Positions 8,023-16,044 of a stretch of 32,000 nt of DNA are shown here, piece after piece. Source of the stretch: an uncultured archaeon (lineage in GTDB: Archaea > Iainarchaeota > Iainarchaeia > Iainarchaeales > Iainarchaeaceae). Within the stretch, counting starts at the first letter, position 1; every line of letters starts with the position of its first letter. Made by a program: the position numbers and the translations under genes. The notes under the pieces were generated by a model. The model did not search any database and was not told the origin of the DNA. It worked only from the letters and a program-made list of their open reading frames with translations. Location: positions 32,979 through 64,978 of the forward strand of contig CAZNZM010000006.1 of the NCBI GenBank assembly GCA_964577555.1. The letters are read 5' to 3'.

Positions 8023-9311
8023 AAAAGTCTGTTTGTATAGTTGGCACTGGCTATGTTGGCTTGACATTGGGTGCAGTATTGGCTGACAATAATTTTGATG
8101 TTCATTGTGTAGAAATAAATGAATCGGTTGTCAAGTCTCTTAATTCAGGAGAACCTCATTTTCATGAAAACGGACTTAAAGCATTAATGAGGAAAAATCT
8201 TGGCAAATCTTTGTTTTTTTCAACCAAATTTCCAGAAAAATCCTGCGACATATATGTGATTTGTGTAAGCACCCCTGTTGACAAAAACGGCAAGCCAATC
8301 TTGGATTATATTGTTTCTGCTTCGGAAGCTGTTGCAAAAAACATGGCTTATTATAGTTTAGTCGTAATGAGAAGCACAATTCCTGTTGGCACTTCAAGAA
8401 ATATTGTCAAACCTATATTGGATAAAAGCGGTAAAAATTATTTGTTGTCATTTTGTCCAGAACGTACTGTTGAAGGAAACGCTATTAAGGAATTAATGGA
8501 GCTTCCGCAAATAATAGGCGGTTTGAATGAAGCAAGTGTCAGAGAATCTGTTAATTTTTTCAAAAAAATAGCTCCAACAACAATAGAAGTTTCTTCTCTT
8601 GAAGCGGCTGAAATGATAAAGCTTTTGAATAATTCTTATCGTGACATGGTGTTTGCTTACGCTAATGAAGTGGCTCTGCTATGCGAAAAAATTTCAATAG
8701 ACGCCAATGAAGTTATTAAAGCCGCAAATTTAGGGTATTCCAGATCCAACATTCCAGTGCCAGGGTTTGTTGGAGGCGCATGTTTGGAAAAAGACCCTTA
8801 TATACTTTCAAATGTCGCTGAATCAGTTGGCTTTAATCCAAAGCTTGTAATGGCTGCAAGATCAATAAACGAATTTTTGCCAATTCATGTAGCCAAAAGA
8901 ATAAATAATATGCTGAATTCTATTGGAAAAAATAAATCTGCAAAAATATTTGTATTAGGTTTTGGATTTAAAGGGAAACCAGAAACAGACGATGTGAGAG
9001 GATCGCCAACCATAACTTTGGTTTCAGCATTGAAAAACTTTGGTTACTCAAATATTTTCGGTTTTGATCCTGTAGTAAAACCAGAAGTTATAAAATCTCT
9101 CAAAGCTTTTCCAGTAAATGTTGAAGAAGGTTTCAATGGTGCTGATTGTATAATATTTGCCAATAATCACAATTTTTTTAATTCGCTTGACATTGAGTTT
9201 TTGATAGGCAAAATGAATAAGCCAGCAGTATTCTTTGATTGTTGGCAAATATTTCCGCCAAAAATTATTATTCGCAGTAATATAGTTTATGGAGGCATAG
9301 GTTTTGAGTAA
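8019..9311 (+). CDS. Nucleotide-sugar dehydrogenase (UDP-glucose/GDP-mannose dehydrogenase family)
   Basis: N-terminal Rossmann motif CIVGTGYVGLTLGAVLA and catalytic-Cys motif GGACLEKDPY. The size of 430 aa fits the family. ATGA overlap with the upstream stop. Confidence 0.85.
   Translation: MKKSVCIVGTGYVGLTLGAVLADNNFDVHCVEINESVVKSLNSGEPHFHENGLKALMRKNLGKSLFFSTKFPEKSCDIYVICVSTPVDKNGKPILDYIVSASEAVAKNMAYYSLVVMRSTIPVGTSRNIVKPILDKSGKNYLLSFCPERTVEGNAIKELMELPQIIGGLNEASVRESVNFFKKIAPTTIEVSSLEAAEMIKLLNNSYRDMVFAYANEVALLCEKISIDANEVIKAANLGYSRSNIPVPGFVGGACLEKDPYILSNVAESVGFNPKLVMAARSINEFLPIHVAKRINNMLNSIGKNKSAKIFVLGFGFKGKPETDDVRGSPTITLVSALKNFGYSNIFGFDPVVKPEVIKSLKAFPVNVEEGFNGADCIIFANNHNFFNSLDIEFLIGKMNKPAVFFDCWQIFPPKIIIRSNIVYGGIGFE
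9291..9295 (+). promoter_or_regulatory. Shine-Dalgarno GGAGG serving the TTG start at 9304
   Basis: GGAGG lies 8 nt upstream of TTG. The encoded N-terminus SKILVTGGAGFIGS matches SDR starts. Similar sites occur at 18568-18575 (GGAGGGAG), 19557-19565 (AAGGAGTGG) and 10273-10279 (AAGGTGA). Confidence 0.5.
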
Positions 9312-10293
9312 AATTCTTGTTACTGGTGGAGCTGGTTTCATAGGCTCTAATCTTGCAAAAAAGCTTTTAGAATTGAAAAACGAAGTGCATATATGCGACA
9401 ATTTTTCAAGGGCAAAAAAAGACGAATTTACAAGACAAATATTTGAACACCGTAATGCATCTCTCATAGAAGCCGATTTGTCAAATCCTGACAAATTTTC
9501 CAATTTTGAAAAATACGATTACGTTTATCATCTTGCAGCAATTAACGGCACAAAATATTTCTATGAAAAACCTGATGTTGTTTTAAAGACTAATTTATTG
9601 ATGTGCATAAATGTCCTGGATTGGTTCTCAAAAACAAAAAAAGGCAAAATTCTTTTCTCTTCGTCTTCCGAAACTTATGCAGGCACAATTTCAAGTTTTG
9701 GGGGAAAAATACCGACTCCAGAAAACATTGAGCTTTGCATAAACGACGTTTACAATCCAAGATGGTCCTATGGCGGAAGCAAGATTGCAGGAGAATTATT
9801 GTTCATAAATTATGCAAGAATCCATAAATTTCCAATGACAATCGTAAGATACCATAATATATATGGCCCAAGAATGGGCTTTGAACATGTAATACCAAAC
9901 TTTGTTGAAAGGGCTTATAAAAAAGAAAATCCGTTCAAAGTTTTCGGGCTTAATAATACTAGGGCTTTTTGCTATATTTCTGATGCTGTTGAAGCAACTC
10001 GTCTTGCTATGGAATCAAAAAACACCGACATGCAAATAATAAATATAGGGAACAGTTTTGAAGAAATATTAATTGGAGAACTTGCAAAAAAAATCACGGC
10101 TCTTGCAAAATACAATCCGAAAATAATTGAGGTTAAATCGCCAGAGGGAAGCGTGGAAAGGCGTTGTCCAGATACTAAAAAAATGCAAAATCTTATTGGT
10201 TTTATCCCGAAAATAAAGTTGGATGAAGGGCTAGAAAAAACTTTCAAATGGTATTACGATTATTATGATAATTGCAAAGGTGAAGTCAAGTGA
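9304..10293 (+). CDS. NAD-dependent sugar epimerase/dehydratase (extended SDR)
   Basis: TGGAGFIGSNL glycine motif and YGGSK catalytic YxxxK. TTG start preceded by GGAGG. The sugar specificity cannot be resolved. Confidence 0.8.
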   Translation: MSKILVTGGAGFIGSNLAKKLLELKNEVHICDNFSRAKKDEFTRQIFEHRNASLIEADLSNPDKFSNFEKYDYVYHLAAINGTKYFYEKPDVVLKTNLLMCINVLDWFSKTKKGKILFSSSSETYAGTISSFGGKIPTPENIELCINDVYNPRWSYGGSKIAGELLFINYARIHKFPMTIVRYHNIYGPRMGFEHVIPNFVERAYKKENPFKVFGLNNTRAFCYISDAVEATRLAMESKNTDMQIINIGNSFEEILIGELAKKITALAKYNPKIIEVKSPEGSVERRCPDTKKMQNLIGFIPKIKLDEGLEKTFKWYYDYYDNCKGEVK

Positions 10294-11555
10294 ATATTAG
10301 CGATGAAGAAAAAAACTTTCTTAAAAAAATAATTTCCAAAAATCTGGCAAAAAAAACCAAATTTATTCCAGGAAAAAGCCAAGTAAAAGTTGGTTGGCCC
10401 ATTTTTGGCGAAGAAGAAATAATTTCGGTTTTTTCATCCATGCTGGAATTGCGCATATCCCAAGGTGAAAAAGTAAAAGAATTTGAATCAATGTATGCTT
10501 CAGAAATAGGAGTAAAAAACGCTATTGCCGTGAATTCAGGTTCTTCGGCAAACCTTCTCGCTATTGATGCTTTACTTCAAAAAGGCATGGTAGAAAAAGG
10601 CTCGGAAGTAATCGTTCCTGCAGCCACTTTTGCAACTGTTGCATCGCCAATTATACAGTTAGGGCTTGTCCCTGTTTTTGTTGATGTTGAATTGGATTCT
10701 TATAATATTTCGCCAGAAGAAATAGAATCTGCAATCAACAAAAAAACCTCAATGGTAATGGCGGTTCATTCACTTGGCAACCCTGCAAAAATGGATAAAA
10801 TAACAAAAATAGCGAAAAACAATTCCGTTATTCTTTTTGAAGATTGTTGCGAAAGCCACCATGCTTCAATTTCAGGCAAAATAGTTGGGAGTTTTGGAGA
10901 TATTTCAACATTAAGTTTTTTTGTAGCTCACAACATAACCACTGGAGAAGGCGGAATGATTTTTTCCAACGATTCCGAGTTAGCGGAAATTTGTAGGTCA
11001 ATCAGGGAATTTGGAAGAAGGCTCAACCAATCGCCAAGGTTTCAATATGTTAATGACAAGCTTGGCGAATATGATGTCAGATACATTTTTGACAGGCTTG
11101 GTTACAATTTTCGCATGACTGATATTGAAGCTTCAATAGGCATAGAACAATTAAAAAAACTCCCGAAATTCAACAAAGCTAGGATAGAAAACGCAAAATT
11201 CTTTTACAATTCGCTTAGCAACTTGGATTCTTTGCAATTGCCCACAATAGAAAAAAATTCTGTTCACACGTTTTATGGATTTCCAATAATGGTGAAAGAA
11301 AAAGCAAATTATTCACGCAGGCAACTTGTCGATTTTCTTGAAAAATCAAACATAGAAACCAGGCCATTTATGGGAGGAAACCTCGCAGTACAACCAGCTT
11401 TTGTTGGAAAGAAAATCAAAGTACATGGCGACTTGAAAAATTCCAAATTGATTTCCAAAAACATGTTTTTCATAGGATGCCACCCAGGAATAGGTGAAGA
11501 AGAAAGAGAATACATAACTGACAAAATAAAAGAATTTGACTCTAAAAACAAGTAA
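10290..11555 (+). CDS. DegT/DnrJ/EryC1/StrS-family PLP/PMP enzyme with His in place of the Schiff-base Lys; RfbH/E1/ColD-like sugar 3-dehydratase candidate
   Basis: NSGSSANLLA, FEDCCESHHA, and LSFFVAHNITTGEGG. His214 (CAC at 10929-10931) occupies the position of the conserved lysine (compare SFHAIKNITCAEGG in ArnB). GTGA overlap start preceded by AAGGTGA. Confidence 0.8.
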   Translation: MNISDEEKNFLKKIISKNLAKKTKFIPGKSQVKVGWPIFGEEEIISVFSSMLELRISQGEKVKEFESMYASEIGVKNAIAVNSGSSANLLAIDALLQKGMVEKGSEVIVPAATFATVASPIIQLGLVPVFVDVELDSYNISPEEIESAINKKTSMVMAVHSLGNPAKMDKITKIAKNNSVILFEDCCESHHASISGKIVGSFGDISTLSFFVAHNITTGEGGMIFSNDSELAEICRSIREFGRRLNQSPRFQYVNDKLGEYDVRYIFDRLGYNFRMTDIEASIGIEQLKKLPKFNKARIENAKFFYNSLSNLDSLQLPTIEKNSVHTFYGFPIMVKEKANYSRRQLVDFLEKSNIETRPFMGGNLAVQPAFVGKKIKVHGDLKNSKLISKNMFFIGCHPGIGEEEREYITDKIKEFDSKNK

Positions 11556-11560
11556 CTATT

Positions 11561-12529
11561 TTACTCGTGCTCCAACGCCCACTTTATTGTTTCTTTCAAT
11601 CCATAATCTATGTTTGTCTTTGCTTTGAAATTTATCAATCTTTCAGCTTTTTCAGTGTTGCACAATCTTTTCAAGCTTCCTGCGTTTGATTTTTCGTCAA
11701 ATTCAAAAACAGGGTTTTTCTCCATTATTTTGGCAATTTTTTTTGCAAGATCAATTATTTTAATGCTTTCCTTGGAACCCAAATTTATTGGATCCGGCTT
11801 CGGATAAAGTTCAGCAATTTTTGCAATGCCCTCAACAAGGTCTTTTACATAAATAAAACTTCTCTCTTGTTGTCCGTTTCCAAAAATCTTGACAGTTTTG
11901 TTTTCTTTTATCCTGTGTATCAAACTCGGTATTACGTGTGATTTTTTAGGATCAAAAACATCTCTTGGCCCATACACGTTGAAAGGCCTGGCAATGCCTA
12001 TTTTCAATCCAAATTCATCAGAATAAGCCTTTGATAAAAGCTCATCAAACCTTTTGCTCCAAGCATAGCCAAACTTGGCTTTGTCAGGTTCGCCAGTGAA
12101 ACCCAAATTTTCAGTTAAAGGAAATTCATAATTGTCAGGATAAACACACGCTGAACTAACGATAACAGCTCTTTCAACATCACGTTTTCTTAAAGCCTCA
12201 AGAACATTTGAAGTTATTCTTGTATTAGTCATAAGCATGGTGGCAGGATGTTCAAGATTGTATTGTACTCCGCCAACTATTGCAGCAAGATGAAACACAA
12301 CATCAGAATTATTCACAGCATTAATTGCTGATTTTTCATCCAAAAGATCCGCTTCAACCAACTCTATCTTTCCTTCAGACAAAATATTTTTATCCAAATT
12401 GATTTTTTTTGTATTCTTGGCAGTTACTTTGACTTTTGCGCCTTTATTCAAAATATGTTCTGCCAAATGGCTTCCTATAAAACCAGCTCCCCCTGTAATA
12501 AGCACTTTTTTGTTTTTCCAGAACTCCAT
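11561..12529 (-). CDS. NAD-dependent sugar epimerase/dehydratase/reductase (extended SDR)
   Basis: KKVLITGGAGFIGSHL, YAWSK (YxxxK) and RPFNVYGP. It converges on the DegT-like gene with only a 5-nt gap. Confidence 0.8.
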   Translation of the reverse strand: MEFWKNKKVLITGGAGFIGSHLAEHILNKGAKVKVTAKNTKKINLDKNILSEGKIELVEADLLDEKSAINAVNNSDVVFHLAAIVGGVQYNLEHPATMLMTNTRITSNVLEALRKRDVERAVIVSSACVYPDNYEFPLTENLGFTGEPDKAKFGYAWSKRFDELLSKAYSDEFGLKIGIARPFNVYGPRDVFDPKKSHVIPSLIHRIKENKTVKIFGNGQQERSFIYVKDLVEGIAKIAELYPKPDPINLGSKESIKIIDLAKKIAKIMEKNPVFEFDEKSNAGSLKRLCNTEKAERLINFKAKTNIDYGLKETIKWALEHE

Positions 12530-12633
12530 GTTAGCAATATTATCTGGCCAAAAATAAAAACATTAGCATATTGCAAAATTCTGTTGCTTTTTAATAATAA
12601 GCTTATAAATTGGATAAGAATTATTTGTTTTTA

Positions 12634-13782
12634 ATGGAGCCTTTAGTCACTTTAGTTGGAACCATGCCGCCAATAAAAGGCATAAGCGATTATTGCATAG
12701 AACAAATAAAATCTCTTTCAAATTTTGTTTCCCTTGAATTTTACGGTTTCAAAAGTATTTATCCAGAATATTTTTATCCAGGCGGCAAAACCAAAGAATA
12801 TGACAAAACCTTTTCATTGGAAAAACCGAAAAATGTTGAAATAAAAAATTTTTTAGCATGGTACAACCCTATTTCATGGATTTTTGTTGGTTTAACATCA
12901 AAAGGCAAAATATTGCATTTTCATTGGTGGACTTTTTGGTTGTTTCCAGTTTTCTTTACAATATCAGCAATTTCCAAGTTGAGGGGCAAAAAAATCGTAT
13001 GCACAGTCCACAATGTTGTGGGACACGAATCAGGATTGATTGACAAATTATTTTCAATGATAATTTATTTAATTCCAGACAAAATAATAGTTCACACCAA
13101 AGCCAATCAAAAACAACTTGAAAACACTTTCCATGTTGGCAATAAAAAAATCAATGTTATCCCCCATGGCATATACGAGTTTTATCGTGATGCCGAAATG
13201 ACAAAATCAAAGGCAAGAAAAATGCTTGGCATTCCAAAAAAATCTAAAGTAATTTTGATGTTCGGCAACCTCAGGCCTTATAAAGGAATTGATGACCTTA
13301 TTTTAGCTTTTAAAAAGGCAAGAAAAATTGTCCCAAATATTTTTTTAGTTATTGCAGGAAAACCGTGGACAAAGCAAATAAACGATTATATTATTCAAGA
13401 ACTTAGCGATTGCTCTTCCTGTCTTCTAAAGTTGGACTATGTCCCATCTTCGGAAATAAAAAAATATTTTTTTGCATCAGACGTAGTTGTTCTTCCTTAC
13501 AAGGATTTTGCCGCACAAAGCGGACCAGGAAACATAGCTTTAGCCTTTCAAAAACCCATTATAGTTTCTGATACCGGCGGACTTGTAGAACTCGTGCTCG
13601 ACAAAAGAGCAGTTTTTTCCAGTGGAAATTCCAATGACTTGGCTAATAAAATTTCAAGCATTATTTCAGACGAAAAACTCCTTAAAAAACTAGAAAAAGA
13701 CTCTGCATTGCTAAGTGAAAAATATTCTTGGACATCAATTGCAAAGCTTACCTTGAAGGTTTATAATGAATTGGTTGAATAA
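12634..13782 (+). CDS. GT4-family glycosyltransferase (Glycos_transf_1)
   Basis: GT-B architecture: VGTMPPIKGISDY, FGNLRPYKGIDDLI, LVIAGKP, VVLPYKDFAAQSGPGNIALAFQKPIIVSDTGG. ATG 12634 is preferred over the track's TTG 12610. TTATAAA lies about 30 nt upstream and there is no SD. Confidence 0.8.
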   Translation: MEPLVTLVGTMPPIKGISDYCIEQIKSLSNFVSLEFYGFKSIYPEYFYPGGKTKEYDKTFSLEKPKNVEIKNFLAWYNPISWIFVGLTSKGKILHFHWWTFWLFPVFFTISAISKLRGKKIVCTVHNVVGHESGLIDKLFSMIIYLIPDKIIVHTKANQKQLENTFHVGNKKINVIPHGIYEFYRDAEMTKSKARKMLGIPKKSKVILMFGNLRPYKGIDDLILAFKKARKIVPNIFLVIAGKPWTKQINDYIIQELSDCSSCLLKLDYVPSSEIKKYFFASDVVVLPYKDFAAQSGPGNIALAFQKPIIVSDTGGLVELVLDKRAVFSSGNSNDLANKISSIISDEKLLKKLEKDSALLSEKYSWTSIAKLTLKVYNELVE

Positions 13783-13790
13783 ATTTTTTT

Positions 13791-14819
13791 ATGGGTTTTT
13801 TAATTCATTCTAGGGCGCCTGTACGAATCAGTTTTGCAGGCGGCGGAACCGATGTATCGCCATATCCTGAAGAAAGAGGCGGTTGCGTACTAAGTGCAAC
13901 CATAAACAAGTATTCATTTACTTCGCTTCGCTTCACAAATTCAAAAAAAATAAGCCTTGCTGAAACCAATAATAATTCCCTGATGCTTGAATCAATAGAA
14001 GATGCAGTCCTTGACGGAAATTTTGACCTTGCAAAAACAGTCATAATGGAAATGAATCCAAAAACAGGTTTGGAATTGTTTTTCAGAAACGATGTTCCGC
14101 CTCGCAGCGGCCTTGGATCTTCGGCAGCAGCTTTCGTTTCTATAATAGGCGCATTCAACCTTGCTTTCGGCAAAAAACTTTCAAAACACGAAATAGCCCA
14201 ACTAGCTTTTGAAATAGAAAGAAACAGGCTTGGCGTGAAAGGCGGCAAACAAGATCAATTTGCGTCATCATATGGCGGCCTCAACTTTATCGAATTTATA
14301 GGAAAAAATGTTAAGGTTTCAAGCATGAATATTTCAAAATCAACATTATTAGAGCTTGAAAAAAATCTTTTGCTGGTTTTTGTTGGCGAAAGAAAAATGA
14401 ACGGAACCGACATAATATCTGACCAAGTGAATTCTTTTGTTTCAGGAAATAAACAAGTTTCGGATGCTTTGGATTCTGCAAAAAGCATTGCCATTGATAT
14501 GAAAAACGCCCTCAAAAAAGGCGATTTAGAACAATTTGGAAAACTATTGGACAAAGGCTGGGTTGAAAAGAAAAAATACAGCAAAAACATTTCAAATCCA
14601 TTTATTGACAAAATATACTCAACTGCAATCAGCGCAGGTGCAATAGGCGGCAAGTTGACAGGCGCAGGCGGAGGCGGTTATATGGTGTTTTATTGTTATC
14701 CGGACAAAGAAATTAATGTTAAAGACAAGCTTGTTGAAATAGGCGTTAATCCAATTAATTTTTCATTTGACTTTGAAGGAGTACAAGCTTGGAAGATAAA
14801 GGTAGATAAAAATGATTAA
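13791..14819 (+). CDS. hddA: GHMP-family sugar kinase, D-glycero-alpha-D-manno-heptose-7-phosphate kinase-like
   Basis: SRAPVRISFAGGGTDVSPYPEERGG N-terminus (COG2605-type), GHMP motif PPRSGLGSSAAA, and C-terminal GAGGGGY. It lies immediately upstream of gmhA and gmhB with an overlapping junction. Confidence 0.65.
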   Translation: MGFLIHSRAPVRISFAGGGTDVSPYPEERGGCVLSATINKYSFTSLRFTNSKKISLAETNNNSLMLESIEDAVLDGNFDLAKTVIMEMNPKTGLELFFRNDVPPRSGLGSSAAAFVSIIGAFNLAFGKKLSKHEIAQLAFEIERNRLGVKGGKQDQFASSYGGLNFIEFIGKNVKVSSMNISKSTLLELEKNLLLVFVGERKMNGTDIISDQVNSFVSGNKQVSDALDSAKSIAIDMKNALKKGDLEQFGKLLDKGWVEKKKYSKNISNPFIDKIYSTAISAGAIGGKLTGAGGGGYMVFYCYPDKEINVKDKLVEIGVNPINFSFDFEGVQAWKIKVDKND

Positions 14820-15399
14820 TTCTGACAAAGCCATGAAAATAATAGAAAACAATTTTTCCGAACACCAAAAAGTATTGGCCGATTCACTTAATTTATCGCC
14901 AATAATAGTTAAAACAGCCCAAAAAATATTGGATTGCATTAAAAATGGAGGAAAAATTTTGATTTGCGGCAACGGAGGAAGCGCTGCAGACTCTAACCAT
15001 CTTGCCGCAGAATTCATTAACAAGTATTTGATAAACAGGTTGCCTCTTCCAGCAATTTCGCTTACATCAAATCAATCAAACCTGACCTCAATAGGAAACG
15101 ACTATTCTTTTGACTTGGTTTTCAGCAAACAGGTTGATGCACTTGGAAAATCAGGAGACATACTTATCGCGATCAGCACTTCTGGTTTGTCAAAAAATAT
15201 TTTAGAAGCAATAAAATCAGCAAAGAAAAAATCAATGTTCTCTATTATTTTCACAGGAAATAAAACAACAGAAGCTTCAAAAATAAGCGATTTGGCAATA
15301 CATGTGCCTTCCCAATCCACGCCAAGAATACAGGAAATTCATCTTTTGATTTACCATTGCATTTGTGAAATAGTTGAGAGGGAATTGTTTGAAAAATAA
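14812..15399 (+). CDS. gmhA: Phosphoheptose (sedoheptulose-7-phosphate) isomerase, SIS domain
   Basis: ICGNGGSAADSNHLAAEF and DILIAISTSG. The 195-aa length is typical of GmhA. It overlaps the kinase gene by 8 nt. Confidence 0.85.
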   Translation: MINSDKAMKIIENNFSEHQKVLADSLNLSPIIVKTAQKILDCIKNGGKILICGNGGSAADSNHLAAEFINKYLINRLPLPAISLTSNQSNLTSIGNDYSFDLVFSKQVDALGKSGDILIAISTSGLSKNILEAIKSAKKKSMFSIIFTGNKTTEASKISDLAIHVPSQSTPRIQEIHLLIYHCICEIVERELFEK

Positions 15400-15943
15400 A
15401 GCCATATTTTTGGACAGAGATGGAGTAATAATCAAGGATGCAGGGCATTTGAACAAAAAATCTCAAGTGAGGCTTATAAGAGGAGTTTCCAAAGCCATAA
15501 AGTTGCTCAACAAACATTATCTTGTAATAGTAATTTCAAACCAATCGGTTGTAGCAAGAGGCATGGCAACAATCAGCGAAGTTCAAGAAATAAACCAATA
15601 CATTTTGGGTTTATTATCCAAAAAAGGTGCAAAAATAGATGCTGTTTATTTTTGCCCGCATCACCCTGATTTTACAGGCAAGTGCAATTGCCGAAAGCCG
15701 GAAACAGGTTTATTCAAGCAAGCTGAAAAAGATTTCAAAATATCAATGGATGGTAGTTATATGATTGGCGACAAGCTAATAGACATAGAGGCTGGAAAAA
15801 AAGCAGGTTGTAAAACAATTTTAGTTAATAATACACTTGGCAACACTGAAAACACTGAAAATAATATTAATATTCTTCAAAAACCGGATTTTGAATGCGC
15901 CAATCTTCTAGATGCTGTCAAAATAATATTGTCCAATAATTAG
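15389..15943 (+). CDS. gmhB: D,D-heptose 1,7-bisphosphate phosphatase (HAD superfamily)
   Basis: AIFLDRDGVI HAD motif I, SNQS motif II, and the Zn-site-type CPHHPDFTGKCNCRKP. TTG 15389 (preceded by GAGAGGGA) is preferred over TTG 15374. The C-terminal tail is Asn-rich with an NTENTEN duplication. Confidence 0.8.
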   Translation: MKNKAIFLDRDGVIIKDAGHLNKKSQVRLIRGVSKAIKLLNKHYLVIVISNQSVVARGMATISEVQEINQYILGLLSKKGAKIDAVYFCPHHPDFTGKCNCRKPETGLFKQAEKDFKISMDGSYMIGDKLIDIEAGKKAGCKTILVNNTLGNTENTENNINILQKPDFECANLLDAVKIILSNN

Positions 15944-16044
15944 GATTATTAAATTCCTACTCTCCAAAACCAAATTTTTGCATTATTAAGCGTACCAAAC
16001 CATTTATATGCCAAAAAATAATATTTTAATTATCGAGTGGTTTC

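Noticed and set aside
15842-15859. Tandem 9-nt duplication AACACTGAA x2 inside gmhB (NTENTEN)
   Set aside because: It is a small in-frame duplication in a poorly conserved Asn-rich C-terminal tail, and no functional signal is apparent.
7311-16010. Archaeal-type TATA boxes (TTTATAT/TTATAAA) about 30-40 nt upstream of first-in-operon starts lacking an SD (7348, 12634, 16045), as a hint of archaeal origin
   Set aside because: This is suggestive but not significant against the AT-rich background. It cannot discriminate archaeal TATA from bacterial -10 elements without transcription start data.
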